A stretch of 64,000 nt of DNA, taken from positions 3,936,001-4,000,000 of the forward strand of contig CBDCNP010000002.1 in the NCBI GenBank assembly GCA_965219415.1. Direction: 5' to 3'. The DNA is from Candidatus Marinacidobacterales bacterium (lineage in GTDB: Bacteria; Acidobacteriota; Vicinamibacteria; Marinacidobacterales; DATDRI01). Each line of letters starts with the position of its first letter. Position 1 is the first letter of the stretch. The notes under the pieces are model-generated. The model had not been told where the DNA came from. It saw only the letters and a list, made by a program, of their open reading frames with translations, and searched no databases. A program made the translations under genes and the position numbers. Below, piece by piece: positions 9,336 to 19,366 of this stretch.

Positions 9336-10536
9336 GGTGCTTCCGCCATCAAATGTTGCTACGCGGCTGCGGGCAGTGGTGCAGGTGCGGAAGAGAGCGG
9401 GTTGCGCGCCCTAGTGAGCAGGAAAACCTCGATCCGCGACCACAAAGGAATCGTCGTCGCCAAGAAGATGTCTCGAAAGGTGAGCCGTCGCGTGGTGAGA
9501 CCGGCTTGCATAGCCGGAGTTCGGATCTCACGTCCGAACTTCAGAGCTCCGGTGCGGTCGGACGAAGTTGTAATAGCAACGGAGCAACTCCAGGTGCTCA
9601 TCGAGCCTCTCCGTCGAGCGAGCGTGGGAAAGCGTTCGTCTCGAAAGGTATGCCGAGCTTTGCCGGATGGTCAGATTCAACCGCTCGATGAACGACGTGT
9701 TCAATGTCGAAGAGTCCTCGGAGTTATTGAGCGCGTCTTCGAATCGCCACGCGGCTCCGTGCAGCACTCTCCGTTCGACCTTGATGATACGATCGTTCCT
9801 GCGCGTCTTGAGGACCTGGCCGTAGAGACACGCTGGACCGAAGAAGCGACGGATGACTTTCTGGTAGAATTCGAATCCATCCGTGACGATCAAGGGAAGA
9901 CGCTCGAAATTCATCCGTCTCGAAAGGTCGCGAAACAGAGCGTGAGTGTTCCGGTAGCTTCGCCTTCCCGTCACCGTCGATGGCCAGAGCCGAGACCAGA
10001 CTTCGATTGTAACGAAGACCCAACTCGGTGTCTTCTTGTTGCCCGCGAACGTGCGAATCTCGTCGGCTTGAAGCTCTTCGGCAGCGAAGCCGGCGATCCT
10101 TCTGTGATTGAATCGACGACACACTTGGGCTGCCTTCTCGAGCCAGCGGGCGATGGTGTTCCAGGCAATCCCTTTGATCCGGGAAATCGCGGAAATGCTG
10201 ACACCCTCGACTCTGAGAGCGATGACCCCATCGAAAGTAGCTCTTCGATGTTGGAGACGGTAGTAGGGCGTGCCTTTCGTCGAGGAGAACGTCTTTCCGC
10301 ACTCGCCGCACCGGTATCGACGGAGTTTTCCGGACCTGGTTCGGTAGAATCCGTGGCGAACGATGTTTCCGGAACTGACTTTGCCCTGCAACGGACATGC
10401 GAGATTGAGACATCTGCGATTCTTCACTTCGGCTCGGCCCTTACGATGAGAGAACTGTGTCTTCGGAATTCTGGCTCAAACTCTAGCACGCAGACCGGTT
10501 AGGGGCTGGCCGCCAACACTTAATTGCGGAAGCACC
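9336..10536 (-). mobile_element. IS1 family element (single-ORF transposase 9359-10427, frameshifted near 9550)
   Basis: Zn-ribbon CxxxxC...CGEC, LQADEI, IVTDG, TSFIERLNLTIRQ; IRs GGTGCTTCCGC(C/A)AT(C/T)AA.TGTTG; one extra C relative to the 31.7 kb copy. Confidence 0.88.
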
Positions 10537-10749
10537 CCGTCCTGTGCCAAAACTCGGTTCTTTTGAAATAGACCATCAATACAGGGTTGTGATCCGCAAA
10601 AAAGAAGATCGCGTATTGACGGGCAGACAGCCATGGGAGTTGAGGTCCTGCGAACTCGTGTTCGCCTCGGTGGAGGTTCTGCACTCTGTCGCTGCCGGGC
10701 CACCGACGCAATAACGTGCTCGAGAAAGAACGCTTTGTTCCCCGCGAGA

Positions 10750-10869
10750 ATCGACGGCTACCAACGTTTGAGCGAGGTTCTCGAACACGCGGAGGTTGCC
10801 GCGTGATCTGATACCCTGATGACCGAGTGGAGGGCGCCGTTCTTTTTCCACGGACCTCGGGACACATCC
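10750..10869 (+). mobile_element. IS256 right-end fragment
   Basis: Near-identical to the right end of the IS256 at 46819-46940. Confidence 0.8.
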
Positions 10870-11024
10870 CACGAATGGATTCATGCACCAAGACCCTGCG
10901 ACCTCATTGAAGCGTTTCCAGTGGATCGGAAGTGGAAGAGGATTCATAATTTCCGCAGTCAGATGATTGCGCCCCAGACGCCGACCGACTGGATCCTTGA
11001 CCCAGACGACGAGGAGGACACGAA

Positions 11025-12116
11025 ATGACATGCAGATACGGATCAACGGCTGCCATTGCCTTGGCGACGATGCTAGTCGTGGGCTGCTCCGGCCCGTCGG
11101 GCGAATCGTTAACCGTCGTTTCCTGGGGTGGAGCTTACGCCCAGGCCGTCCGAAAGGGCTATATCGAGCCTTTCGTGGCCGAAACCGGCGTCGAGGTCCG
11201 CCTTGAGGACTACAACGGGGGCCTAGCCCAGGTGCGCGCGCAGGTCGAGGCCGGCAAAGTGCACTGGGATGTGGTCGACTTCGAGATCGCCGATGCGGTC
11301 AGCGGCTGCGACGAAGGTCTACTGGAGCCGATCGACGCGACCGCGCTCCCACCCGCTTCTGACGGGACACCGGCCGTGGACGACTTCCTGCCCGACACGC
11401 TGCTGGACTGCAGTGTGGGTACACTGTTCTATTCCACCGTCTATGCCTACAACGCCGAGCGTATCCCGGGCGACAAACCGGCAACAATCGACGACTTCTT
11501 CGACCTGGAGCGCTTTCCGGGTCGCCGCGGGATGCGCCGCACACCGCTCGTCAATCTGGAGTTCGCGCTGATCGCCGCCGGCGTGCCAGTCAGTGAGGTG
11601 TACACTACGCTCGACACGTCAGCTGGAGTAGACCGGGCCTTTCGTAAGCTCGACACCATCAAAGAACAGGTGGTGTGGTGGGAAGCCGGTGCGCAGCCAC
11701 CGCAAATGCTCGCAGACGGCGAAGTGGTCATGAGCACCGCTTACAACGGCCGCATCTTCAATGCGCAGGTGATCGAGAGCCAACCTTTCGTGATCGTTTG
11801 GGACGGCCAAGTGCTGGACGCAGGCCAGCTTGGCATCGTCGCTGGCACGCGGAACCTCGAGACTGCGTTGGAGTTCGTCCGGTTTGCCACAACTGCGGAG
11901 TCGATGGCGGCCGTCAGCGGCCACATTGCCTACAGCCCCGTGCGCCGGTCGGGCCTGCCGCTGGTCGGGACGCACGTCGAGGCCGGTATCGACATGACCT
12001 CCCACATGCCAACCCACCCAGAGAATACCGTGCGCGTCCTGCAGAGCAACTGGTTGTGGTGGAGCGACCACATGGACACGATGAACGAGCGTTTCAGCGC
12101 GTGGCTAGCCCAGTGA
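11025..12116 (+). CDS. Polyamine-type (PotD/PotF-like) ABC substrate-binding lipoprotein
   Basis: Lipobox VVGC; LTVVSWGGAY, WDVVD, GCDEGLLEPID, LADGEVVMSTAYNGRIF. Confidence 0.88.
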   Translation: MTCRYGSTAAIALATMLVVGCSGPSGESLTVVSWGGAYAQAVRKGYIEPFVAETGVEVRLEDYNGGLAQVRAQVEAGKVHWDVVDFEIADAVSGCDEGLLEPIDATALPPASDGTPAVDDFLPDTLLDCSVGTLFYSTVYAYNAERIPGDKPATIDDFFDLERFPGRRGMRRTPLVNLEFALIAAGVPVSEVYTTLDTSAGVDRAFRKLDTIKEQVVWWEAGAQPPQMLADGEVVMSTAYNGRIFNAQVIESQPFVIVWDGQVLDAGQLGIVAGTRNLETALEFVRFATTAESMAAVSGHIAYSPVRRSGLPLVGTHVEAGIDMTSHMPTHPENTVRVLQSNWLWWSDHMDTMNERFSAWLAQ

Positions 12117-12144
12117 ACCAGCAGCGCGACTGGGGAAACGAGTA

Positions 12145-12335
12145 ATGGCAGTCAAGATGACACCGCTTTCACGTCTGAAGCCTTATGCACGCAATCCGCG
12201 CCACCGACCCGCAGCAGCGGTTGCGGCTGTGGCGGAGAGTCTTCGGCAGTTCGGGTGGCGGCAACCGATCGCTGCCTGACCAGCGCGGAGTCATCGCCGC
12301 AGGGCATACGCGCTACTTCGCGGCGCTCAAGAGCG
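12145..12335 (+). pseudogene. ParB-like N-terminal domain fragment (phage methylase type)
   Basis: MAVKMTPLSRLKPYARNPRH...VAESLRQFGWRQPI, then frameshift to DQRGVIAAGHTRYFAA. Confidence 0.7.
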
Positions 12336-12401
12336 CGAACAAACGACGAAATCATGCAGGCATGGTGCCGGCAGACCGGAGACTAATCAAGTTCGGTGCG
12401 C

Positions 12402-12426
12402 GCGGATGAATAAATAGAAGGCACAG
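12402..12426 (-). repeat. 25-bp IS-like terminal repeat (inverted partner of 7622-7646)
   Basis: Exact reverse complement of 7622-7646. Confidence 0.8.
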
Positions 12427-12937
12427 CCGGTTGCAGCGATGTACCGAGCACAAGCGCGCCAACTTGCTCCAACATTGCCCGGCGCACGCACGCCGTGAGC
12501 TCCGGCGTGACTACAACCGGATCGTCTACGCCAAGAACGGGTTCGATGCTCGCAAAGCCTATGACGAGCTCGTCGCCAAGTGGACGCCTCTCGCGCCGGC
12601 CGTCGTCCGAAGCCTAGAGGAGGCCGGTAATCAGCTGCTGACCTTCTACGAATTCCCTCGTGCCATGTGGAAATCGATTCGAACGACCAAAGCTCTGGAG
12701 AATCTCAACCGCGAGTTTCGACGCCGGCCGAAAACCCAAGCGTCGTTCTCCAGCGAGGAGTCTGCGGTCGCTTTGCTGTTTGGGCTTATCGCCTCTGGCC
12801 AGATTCAACTACGACGCATCGACGGCTACCAACGTCTGAGCGAGGTTCTCGAACACGCGGAGGTTGCCGCCTGATATGATACTCTGATGACGGAGTGGAG
12901 GGCGCCGTTCTTTTTCCACGAACCTCGGGACACATCC
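12427..12937 (+). mobile_element. IS256 3' fragment (transposase C-terminus plus right IR)
   Basis: QRCTEHK...SIRTTKALENLNREFRRR; near-identical to the 46882-47330 region. Confidence 0.88.
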
Positions 12938-13409
12938 TGCGGCTGCGTGCCGCGCCACTGCCTACGCAGATCAGGGTCGAAGGATTACATCGCACCCTGG
13001 GGTTGTGATGTAATATCTCTAACAAGGACTGGTACAAAACTTCGGCCTGGCCATGCCCACCCACCGACGGTTCGACTCCCGAAATTCTGCTGCTTGCCGA
13101 AACTGAAGCTCGTCGATGGAATGGAGAAGCACATGATCATCCGCGCACTTCACAGAGGAACGCGCGTCGCCGAACTCGCGCGGCTCAACTACGAGCGTGA
13201 ACTCTCGGAGCACTTCACCTTGATGCTCTCGGAGTTCAGCAAGCGTCTCATAAACAATGTCTCCCTGCTCGAATGAAACCGTTGTTCTCTCTGTTGAGAG
13301 AACAGAAGCGAGATGATCTATGTCGCTTTCGTGGAGAACAACCACTGGAAGCTGCTGAGTGTTATGGGTTGGTACGGTTAGTGCTCCGTAATCGTAAAAG
13401 GACCAGTAC

Positions 13410-14519
13410 GTGACGACTCGTGACGATCCCCATGTCGAGTTCGATGACATAGGCAAGAGCTACGACGGCCGCGTCATGGCCGTTCAGGGGTTCAGTCTGG
13501 CCGTGTACCGGGGAGAGTTCCTGAGCCTGCTCGGGCCTTCCGGCTCCGGAAAGACCACTTGCCTGATGATGCTCGCCGGGTTCGAGACCGCTACTTCGGG
13601 CGCCATCCGCATCGACGGGCGATCGGTGCATACGTTGCCGCCCCGCAAGCGGGGGATCGGCATGGTGTTCCAGGACTACGCGCTCTTTCCGCACATGACG
13701 GTGGAAGACAACCTTGCCTTCCCGCTGGATGTGCGCGGCATCCCCCGCGAGCAGCGGCGGGAGCGTGTGGAACGCGCGCTTCGGCTGGTTCGCCTGGAAG
13801 GCTTGCAGAACCGGCGACCGGGCCAACTCTCCGGCGGGCAGCAGCAGCGCGTAGCGATCGCCCGGGCCCTGGTATTCGAACCCGATCTGGTGCTGATGGA
13901 CGAGCCTCTGGGCGCCCTCGACCGGCATCTGCGTGAGGAGATGCAGTACGAGATCCGGCGCATCCACCGCACCCTTGGAGTGACCATTGTCTACGTGACC
14001 CACGACCAGCAGGAAGCGATGGTTATGTCGGACCGCATCGCCGTGCTGCGCGATGGCAGGATCGAGCAGGTCGCTCCCCCGGAAGCGCTCTACGAGGAGC
14101 CGGAGCGTTCGTTCGTGGCGCGCTTCATCGGCGAGAACAACCGCCTGCACGGACGCGTTGTCTCGATTCACAAGGACATCTGCGATGTGCAGGTGGGCGA
14201 ATACATCGTACAGGGTTTGCAAATCGCGCCCTGCAGGCCCGGCGACGCCACCACGCTCTCGATCCGGCCCGAGCGGGTCGCGGTTGCGCCCAAGCCAGGC
14301 ATGTACACCAACGAGTTCGACGCGAAGATTCAGGACATCACCTTCGTGGGCGACCATCTGCGCATCCGCGTCGAGGCATGCGGCCGCTCGGACTTCGTCG
14401 TCAAGATCCCAAACATGGTGGGGCACGGTGCCGTGCTGGAAGGTGACCGGATCCGCATCGGTTGGACGCCCACCGATTGCCGGGTGCTGGATCTGGACGG
14501 CGAAGAGGACTCGACGTGA
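13410..14519 (+). CDS. potA: Polyamine ABC transporter ATP-binding protein (PotA-like)
   Basis: GPSGSGKTT, LSGGQQQRVAIARAL, DEPLGALD, VTHDQ, C-terminal TOBE-like domain. Confidence 0.88.
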   Translation: MTTRDDPHVEFDDIGKSYDGRVMAVQGFSLAVYRGEFLSLLGPSGSGKTTCLMMLAGFETATSGAIRIDGRSVHTLPPRKRGIGMVFQDYALFPHMTVEDNLAFPLDVRGIPREQRRERVERALRLVRLEGLQNRRPGQLSGGQQQRVAIARALVFEPDLVLMDEPLGALDRHLREEMQYEIRRIHRTLGVTIVYVTHDQQEAMVMSDRIAVLRDGRIEQVAPPEALYEEPERSFVARFIGENNRLHGRVVSIHKDICDVQVGEYIVQGLQIAPCRPGDATTLSIRPERVAVAPKPGMYTNEFDAKIQDITFVGDHLRIRVEACGRSDFVVKIPNMVGHGAVLEGDRIRIGWTPTDCRVLDLDGEEDST

Positions 14520-14536
14520 GACAGGTGAGCGGTGCA

Positions 14537-15657
14537 ATGGGGGGCCGCGCGTCAGGGTATCCAGTTCTTAGCGCGGTACGGGCCGTCGGGCTGGCCACCC
14601 TCGCGGCGCTTTGCGCGGGCTGCGCGGAGGAGGATGGCGGCGAATCGCTGACCGTGGCCTCCTGGGGCGGTTCCTACGCGCACGCCTGCGCCATGGCTTA
14701 CCACAATCCGTTCGTCACGGAGACCGGCATCGGCATCGACCTGGAGGTTTACAACGGCGGTCTGGCACAGATCCGCGCGCAGGTCGACGTGGGCCGCGTA
14801 CACTGGGACGTCGTCGACATGGAGATAGCCGACGCGGTGCGCGGCTGCGACGAAGGGCTCCTCGAGCCGGTCGACTCCGCCATGCTGCCGCCCGCGCCCG
14901 ACGGCACGCCGGCGGCGGAGGATTTCTTTCCCCAGACGCTGACCGAGTGCGGCGTAGGTACCCTGTTCTACTCGACCGCTGTCGCATACAGCGAAGAGAA
15001 CATCGTCGGCCCGAAACCAGATACGCTGGACGACTTCTTCGGTCTGAATGCCTTTCCGGGACGCCGCGGGATGCGCCGTACGCCATTGGGCAACTTGGAG
15101 TTCGCGCTCATGGCCGACGCGGTGCTAGTGGACGAGGTGTATGCTACGCTGGACAACTCTGGAGGGACTGGAGCGGGCCTTTCGTAAACTGGACACGATC
15201 AAGGACCAGATTGTCTGGTGGGAGGCAGGCGCCCAGGCGCCGCAGATGCTCGCCCGACGGCGAGGTGATAATGACCGCGGCCTACAACGGCCGCATCTTC
15301 AACGCCCAGGTGCTGGAGAGCCAGCCCTTCGTCATCATCTGGGACGGCCAGCTACTGGACATCGGACAGTTGGTGGTGGTGAGTGGGACCCCGAACCTGG
15401 ATGCGGCGATGCGCTTCCTAGCCTTCGCGACGACGTCCAACTCCATGGCGGCGGTCGGACGCTACATCTCCTATAGTCCGGCGCGCTATTCGGGACTACC
15501 CCTGGTCACGACGCACCTGGAGACCGGCGTGGACATCCAGCCGTACATGCCCACCCATCCCAGGAACCTCACCCGGGCGCTGCACAGCGACTGGGAGTGG
15601 TGGGCGGATCACATGGACGAAATGAACGAGCGCTTCAGTTCGTGGCTGGCACGCTGA
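14537..15657 (+). pseudogene. Second PotD-like substrate-binding lipoprotein with two frameshifts (~15160, ~15255)
   Basis: Paralogous to 11025-12116 across three frames (LTVASWGGSY... / GLERAFRKLDTIKDQIVWWEAGAQAPQML / DGEVIMTAAYNGRIF...FSSWLAR). Confidence 0.82.
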
Positions 15658-15676
15658 TTGCCGGCGGAGCTCGATC

Positions 15677-16891
15677 GTGAGCCCGGGAGCGATCCGGCGC
15701 AGGCCCGGACTCCGGCCGAGGCTGCGAGCGGCGGGGCTGGCGCTGCCGCTGTTGGCCTTCGTGGGCGTGACCTTTGTCGCGCCGCTGGCGTCGATGCTTG
15801 CCCACAGCTTCTACGACCCGGTGGTCGCCGACGCGCTTCCGGAGACGCTCGCCCTGCTTGAGGCGTGGGATGGGGAGACCGCCCCCGGCGAGGCGGTGTT
15901 CGAAGCCGCGGCGCGCGAACTGGTGGGCGCACAGGAGGAGCGGATCATCGGCCGAGTTGCGGGCAGGGTCAACCGCGTCCAGGCCGGCCTACGCAGCGTC
16001 TTGGCGATCACGGGGCGCAGGTTGGCGGAAGGCTCCGGCGGTCCCGGGCGCGAAACCATGACCGGCATCGACTCCGCCTGGGGAGAGGTGCGTACCTGGC
16101 ATGCGGTGCGCACCGCCGGTGAGCGCTTCACCACGCGGCACTACCTGGCCGCGTTCGACATGCAGCGCCAGCCCGACGGCTCCATCGCGCGCCAGGATCC
16201 GGAACGGCGCATCTACCTGCGGCTCTTCGGGCGCACCCTCCTGGTGAGCCTGGGCATCACCGGGCTATGCCTCGTCCTCGGCTACCCGGTCGCTCACCTG
16301 ATCGTGCACTCACCTCCTTGGCGCGGCAGTATCCTCCTGGCGCTCGTGTTGGTTCCGTTCTGGACGTCCCTGCTCGTGCGCACGACCTCGTGGATCGTGC
16401 TACTCCAAACCCAGGGCGTCGTAAACGACCTCCTGGTCGCCCTGGGACTCGTCGACGACGACGGGCGGCTGGCTCTGGTCTACAACATGGCCGGCACCTT
16501 CGTGGCGATGGCTCACGTGCTGCTGCCCTTCATGGTGCTGCCGCTCTATTCGGTCATGCGCACCATCCCGCAATCGCACATGAGCGCGGCCACGTCGCTC
16601 GGAGCCGGCCTGGTACAGGCCTTCCGCCGCGTCTACTGGCCGCAGACGCTGCCGGGCGTGGGCGCGGGATCCCTGCTCGTGTTCATCCTCGCGATTGGCT
16701 ACTACATCACCCCGGCGCTGGTGGGGGGCAGCACCGGCCAGCTTATCTCCAACATGGTCGCATACCACATGCAGACCTCGCTCAACTGGGGTCTTGCATC
16801 GGCACTCGGTGGAACAATCCTCGTGTACGTGACCGGTCTGTATCTCCTCTACGACCGCATCGCCGGTGCCGAACGCATGAGCCGGGGCTGA
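15677..16891 (+). CDS. Polyamine ABC permease (PotB-like)
   Basis: LVPFWTSLLVRT, HVLLPFMVLPLY, AATSLGA EAA loop, GYYITPALVGG. Confidence 0.88.
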   Translation: MSPGAIRRRPGLRPRLRAAGLALPLLAFVGVTFVAPLASMLAHSFYDPVVADALPETLALLEAWDGETAPGEAVFEAAARELVGAQEERIIGRVAGRVNRVQAGLRSVLAITGRRLAEGSGGPGRETMTGIDSAWGEVRTWHAVRTAGERFTTRHYLAAFDMQRQPDGSIARQDPERRIYLRLFGRTLLVSLGITGLCLVLGYPVAHLIVHSPPWRGSILLALVLVPFWTSLLVRTTSWIVLLQTQGVVNDLLVALGLVDDDGRLALVYNMAGTFVAMAHVLLPFMVLPLYSVMRTIPQSHMSAATSLGAGLVQAFRRVYWPQTLPGVGAGSLLVFILAIGYYITPALVGGSTGQLISNMVAYHMQTSLNWGLASALGGTILVYVTGLYLLYDRIAGAERMSRG

Positions 16892-16892
16892 G

Positions 16893-17843
16893 ATGCAGGC
16901 CCGGGGCAGAGGAGAGCGGATCGGGCGCGGCGCATATCTGGGCTTCTGCGCGGCGGTGCTCGTCTTCCTGATGGCCCCGATCCTGGTGATCATGCCGCTG
17001 AGCTTCAACGCCGAGCCATATTTCACCTTCACCGAAGGCATGCTGCGGCTCGACCCGGAAGCCTATTCATTGCGCTGGTACCGCGAAGTCGTGACGGACG
17101 AGAAATGGACCGGTGCCCTGGCCAACAGCCTAGTCATCGGCGTGGCGGCTACCGTGCTGGCCACTTTGCTGGGCACTCTCGCCGCGCTGGGACTGTCGAG
17201 CCCGTACATGCCCGCCCGGCGTTTCGCGATGGGCTTTCTGGTCTCGCCGCTGGTGACGCCTGTAATCATTTCTGCCGCGGGCATGTTCTTCTTCTACTCG
17301 CGGCTGGGCCTGGGACAGACGCACCTGGGATTGGTTCTGGCGCACGCGGCCCTGGGCACGCCCTTCGTGGTGATCACGGTGACCGCGACCCTTACCGCCT
17401 ACAACCGAAACCTCACACGCGCCGCCGCCTCACTCGGGGCCGGACCGGTGCGCGCCTTCCGCAGCGTACAGCTCCCGCTGATCGCTCCAGGCGTTCTGTC
17501 GGGAGCGCTGTTCGCTTTCGCCACCTCGTTCGACGAGGTGGTGGTGGTACTCTTCCTCGCCGGCGTGGAGCAGCGTACCATCCCGCGCCAGATGTGGGCC
17601 GGCATCCGCGAGCAGATCAGCCCGGCCATCCTGGCCGTGGCTACTTTTTTGATCGTCTTCGCGGTGTGCCTGCTGTTTGCGGTGGCCTGGCTCAGGAGGA
17701 GGACAGCAGGGGCCATTGCCGAACCATCTTCAGCCCGGCAAGGTCAAACCCCTGGCGTCGATCGACAGGCAGGAGGTAGAGATAGTAGTGCTGTCCGAGC
17801 ACCCTGGCTACGTCAACCTCCCGTTGACTCCAATAGAAAGTGA
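16893..17843 (+). CDS. Polyamine ABC permease (PotC-like)
   Basis: YSLRWY, AAASLGA, FATSFDEVVV, QRTIPRQM. Confidence 0.88.
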   Translation: MQARGRGERIGRGAYLGFCAAVLVFLMAPILVIMPLSFNAEPYFTFTEGMLRLDPEAYSLRWYREVVTDEKWTGALANSLVIGVAATVLATLLGTLAALGLSSPYMPARRFAMGFLVSPLVTPVIISAAGMFFFYSRLGLGQTHLGLVLAHAALGTPFVVITVTATLTAYNRNLTRAAASLGAGPVRAFRSVQLPLIAPGVLSGALFAFATSFDEVVVVLFLAGVEQRTIPRQMWAGIREQISPAILAVATFLIVFAVCLLFAVAWLRRRTAGAIAEPSSARQGQTPGVDRQAGGRDSSAVRAPWLRQPPVDSNRK

Positions 17844-17940
17844 AGGTGTTGGGCGAGACAGAATATACCGAGGCACTCGTCCCGAACCTTGGTCCGCCGT
17901 GATGCTCCTAATGTCGTATCCAGCGGCGACATTTTTCCCG

Positions 17941-18080
17941 GTAGGGTCGAGGGCTGGCGCGGTGCTCCGTAGGCGCGGCCTATCTGTTTCTCCCCGTTTC
18001 CTGTGGGAGTGCCTCACTAGCCGCACCGTAAGTCCGTTTCCAGCCCCCGCCACATCGCACGCAGCGTGCGGCCTTCCCGC
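17941..18080 (-). mobile_element. Group II intron 3' remnant (part of domain V and domain VI)
   Basis: Minus strand GCGGGAAGGCCGCACGCTGCGTGCGATGTGGCGGGGGCTGGAAACG...GTGAGGCAC...GCCAGCCCTCGACCCTAC, typical DV/DVI ending in AC; no RT ORF. Confidence 0.8.
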
Positions 18081-18081
18081 T

Positions 18082-18140
18082 TCGAGGCGCAAGCCGAAGC
18101 TGGGTAAGGTCCTCTTCTACCAAGACAAGCAGAAGACGCC
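18082..18140 (+). mobile_element. 59-bp internal fragment of the IS5 transposase gene
   Basis: TCGAGGCGCAAGCCGAAGCTGGGTAAGGTC...GCAGAAGACGCC matches ~19760-19818. Confidence 0.75.
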
Positions 18141-18237
18141 TGTGCTCCGCAAAAAGTCTATCCAGCGTTGATTGCGCGTTTTAGACCTGCTATGGTCGGC
18201 TGCTTCTGGCCGTTCTTCTTTTTTGCGGATCACAACC
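18141..18237 (+). mobile_element. ~95-bp MITE (family 2) with TGTG(C/A)TCCGCAAAAA ends
   Basis: TGTGCTCCGCAAAAAG...CTTTTTTGCGGATCACA; related ends at ~10585, 21218-21268 and 30759-30815. Confidence 0.7.
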
Positions 18238-18721
18238 TAGACGGTCGGGGTCAGGACGACAAGCAGCTCATCGTTCTGAACGAATGAAAATCAACTCGTC
18301 GGATCTGCATACCGGTGGGCAGCGATCAATTCAAACTTTGCCAGAGCCCTTGCCTGGTATCCATCGACCAATGTTCCTTTTCAGTGGCTCGATGCCAGAG
18401 GGAACGTAATGGTCGAGTCAACTTACTGGAAGGATGGCTGGATATGGATCGAGCCGCCGCGATTCGAGTCCCTTGGCGAGGGCTGGTTCGTCTCAGCCTC
18501 CCCCGCAGCCATTGAGGCAATCCGTCGGTTTGCACCCGAGACCGAGATTCATTTGTGGGTTCAGCGCCAATCGCACGGAAACCAGCCATACGAGGGTAAA
18601 TGGCACCTATCCCGGTCACTATGAACGCCCACGCTTTGGGGTGTCTACTAACGTATTTGCGGCCTATGCGGAGGCGGTGCAATGAGGGTGGCGGCGGGCA
18701 ATGAGGTCCGGGCGTACCTGG

Positions 18722-19154
18722 TGTCAACGCCGGCCGAAAACTGCACATTCATGGCGGGTGAAAATTGCACACCCGACGATTGGGTGACGAACCCTAAGAC
18801 GCCGACACCTCCGGGAATTTCTTGCGAGCGTTAGCCGGCGGGCGAGGCTCGTCCGAGCCCGCCGGATGGAGCGCCTGCCACAGCTCGGAGTGCTCGCGCA
18901 TGCGGTAGCTGTTGCCGCGGATGTTGATGACGTGGCAGTGGTGAAGGATTCGGTCGATGAGCGCCGCCGCCATGACGTCGTCGCCCATGATCTCGCCCCA
19001 CTTCCTCGAAGCTCTTGTTGGACGTGAGCACGGTGGAGGCGCGCTCGTAGCGACGGCTCATGAGCTGGAAGAAGAGCACGGTGCCGGTCTGGTTGACGGG
19101 CAAGTAGCCGAGCCCATCGACGACGAGAAGCGAGGGGTGGCTGAGAACGGCGAG
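18722..19154 (-). mobile_element. istB: IS21 remnant (istB C-terminus plus right end)
   Basis: [45 protein letters not shown]; terminus TGTCAACGCCGGCCGAAAA. Confidence 0.85.
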
Positions 19155-19278
19155 CCCGTCGTGTCCAAAAACACAAACGCACTCAAGATCCTTGCGCCGC
19201 CTTGGCCCGGTCGCAAACACAGACACTAAACTGTTGATTTGTGGTCATTTCAAAAGGGCCGAGTTTTGGCACAGGACG
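19155..19278 (+). mobile_element. 124-bp MITE (family 1) joining both ends of the rve-integrase element
   Basis: CCCGTCGTGTCCAAAAACACAAACG...GGCCGAGTTTTGGCACAGGACG with no ORF between. Confidence 0.8.
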
Positions 19279-19366
19279 ACGTCGTGTCTATTTCACTCGG
19301 AAGCTCTCTCCATCCGACAATGTGAGTTGTGTACCGTCGAAGCTCGCGGTCGTCGTGTCGTCGCGC

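Noticed and set aside
8985-10502. 505-aa plus-strand ORF
   Set aside because: Chimera of the peroxiredoxin stub and the antisense strand of the IS1 transposase
13040-13090. GGTTCGACTCCC tRNA T-loop-like motif
   Set aside because: No acceptor, D or anticodon stems can be formed around it
18284-18624. Possible gene remnant (…YWKDGWIWIEPPRF…)
   Set aside because: Looks protein-like but is fragmented and I cannot assign a family
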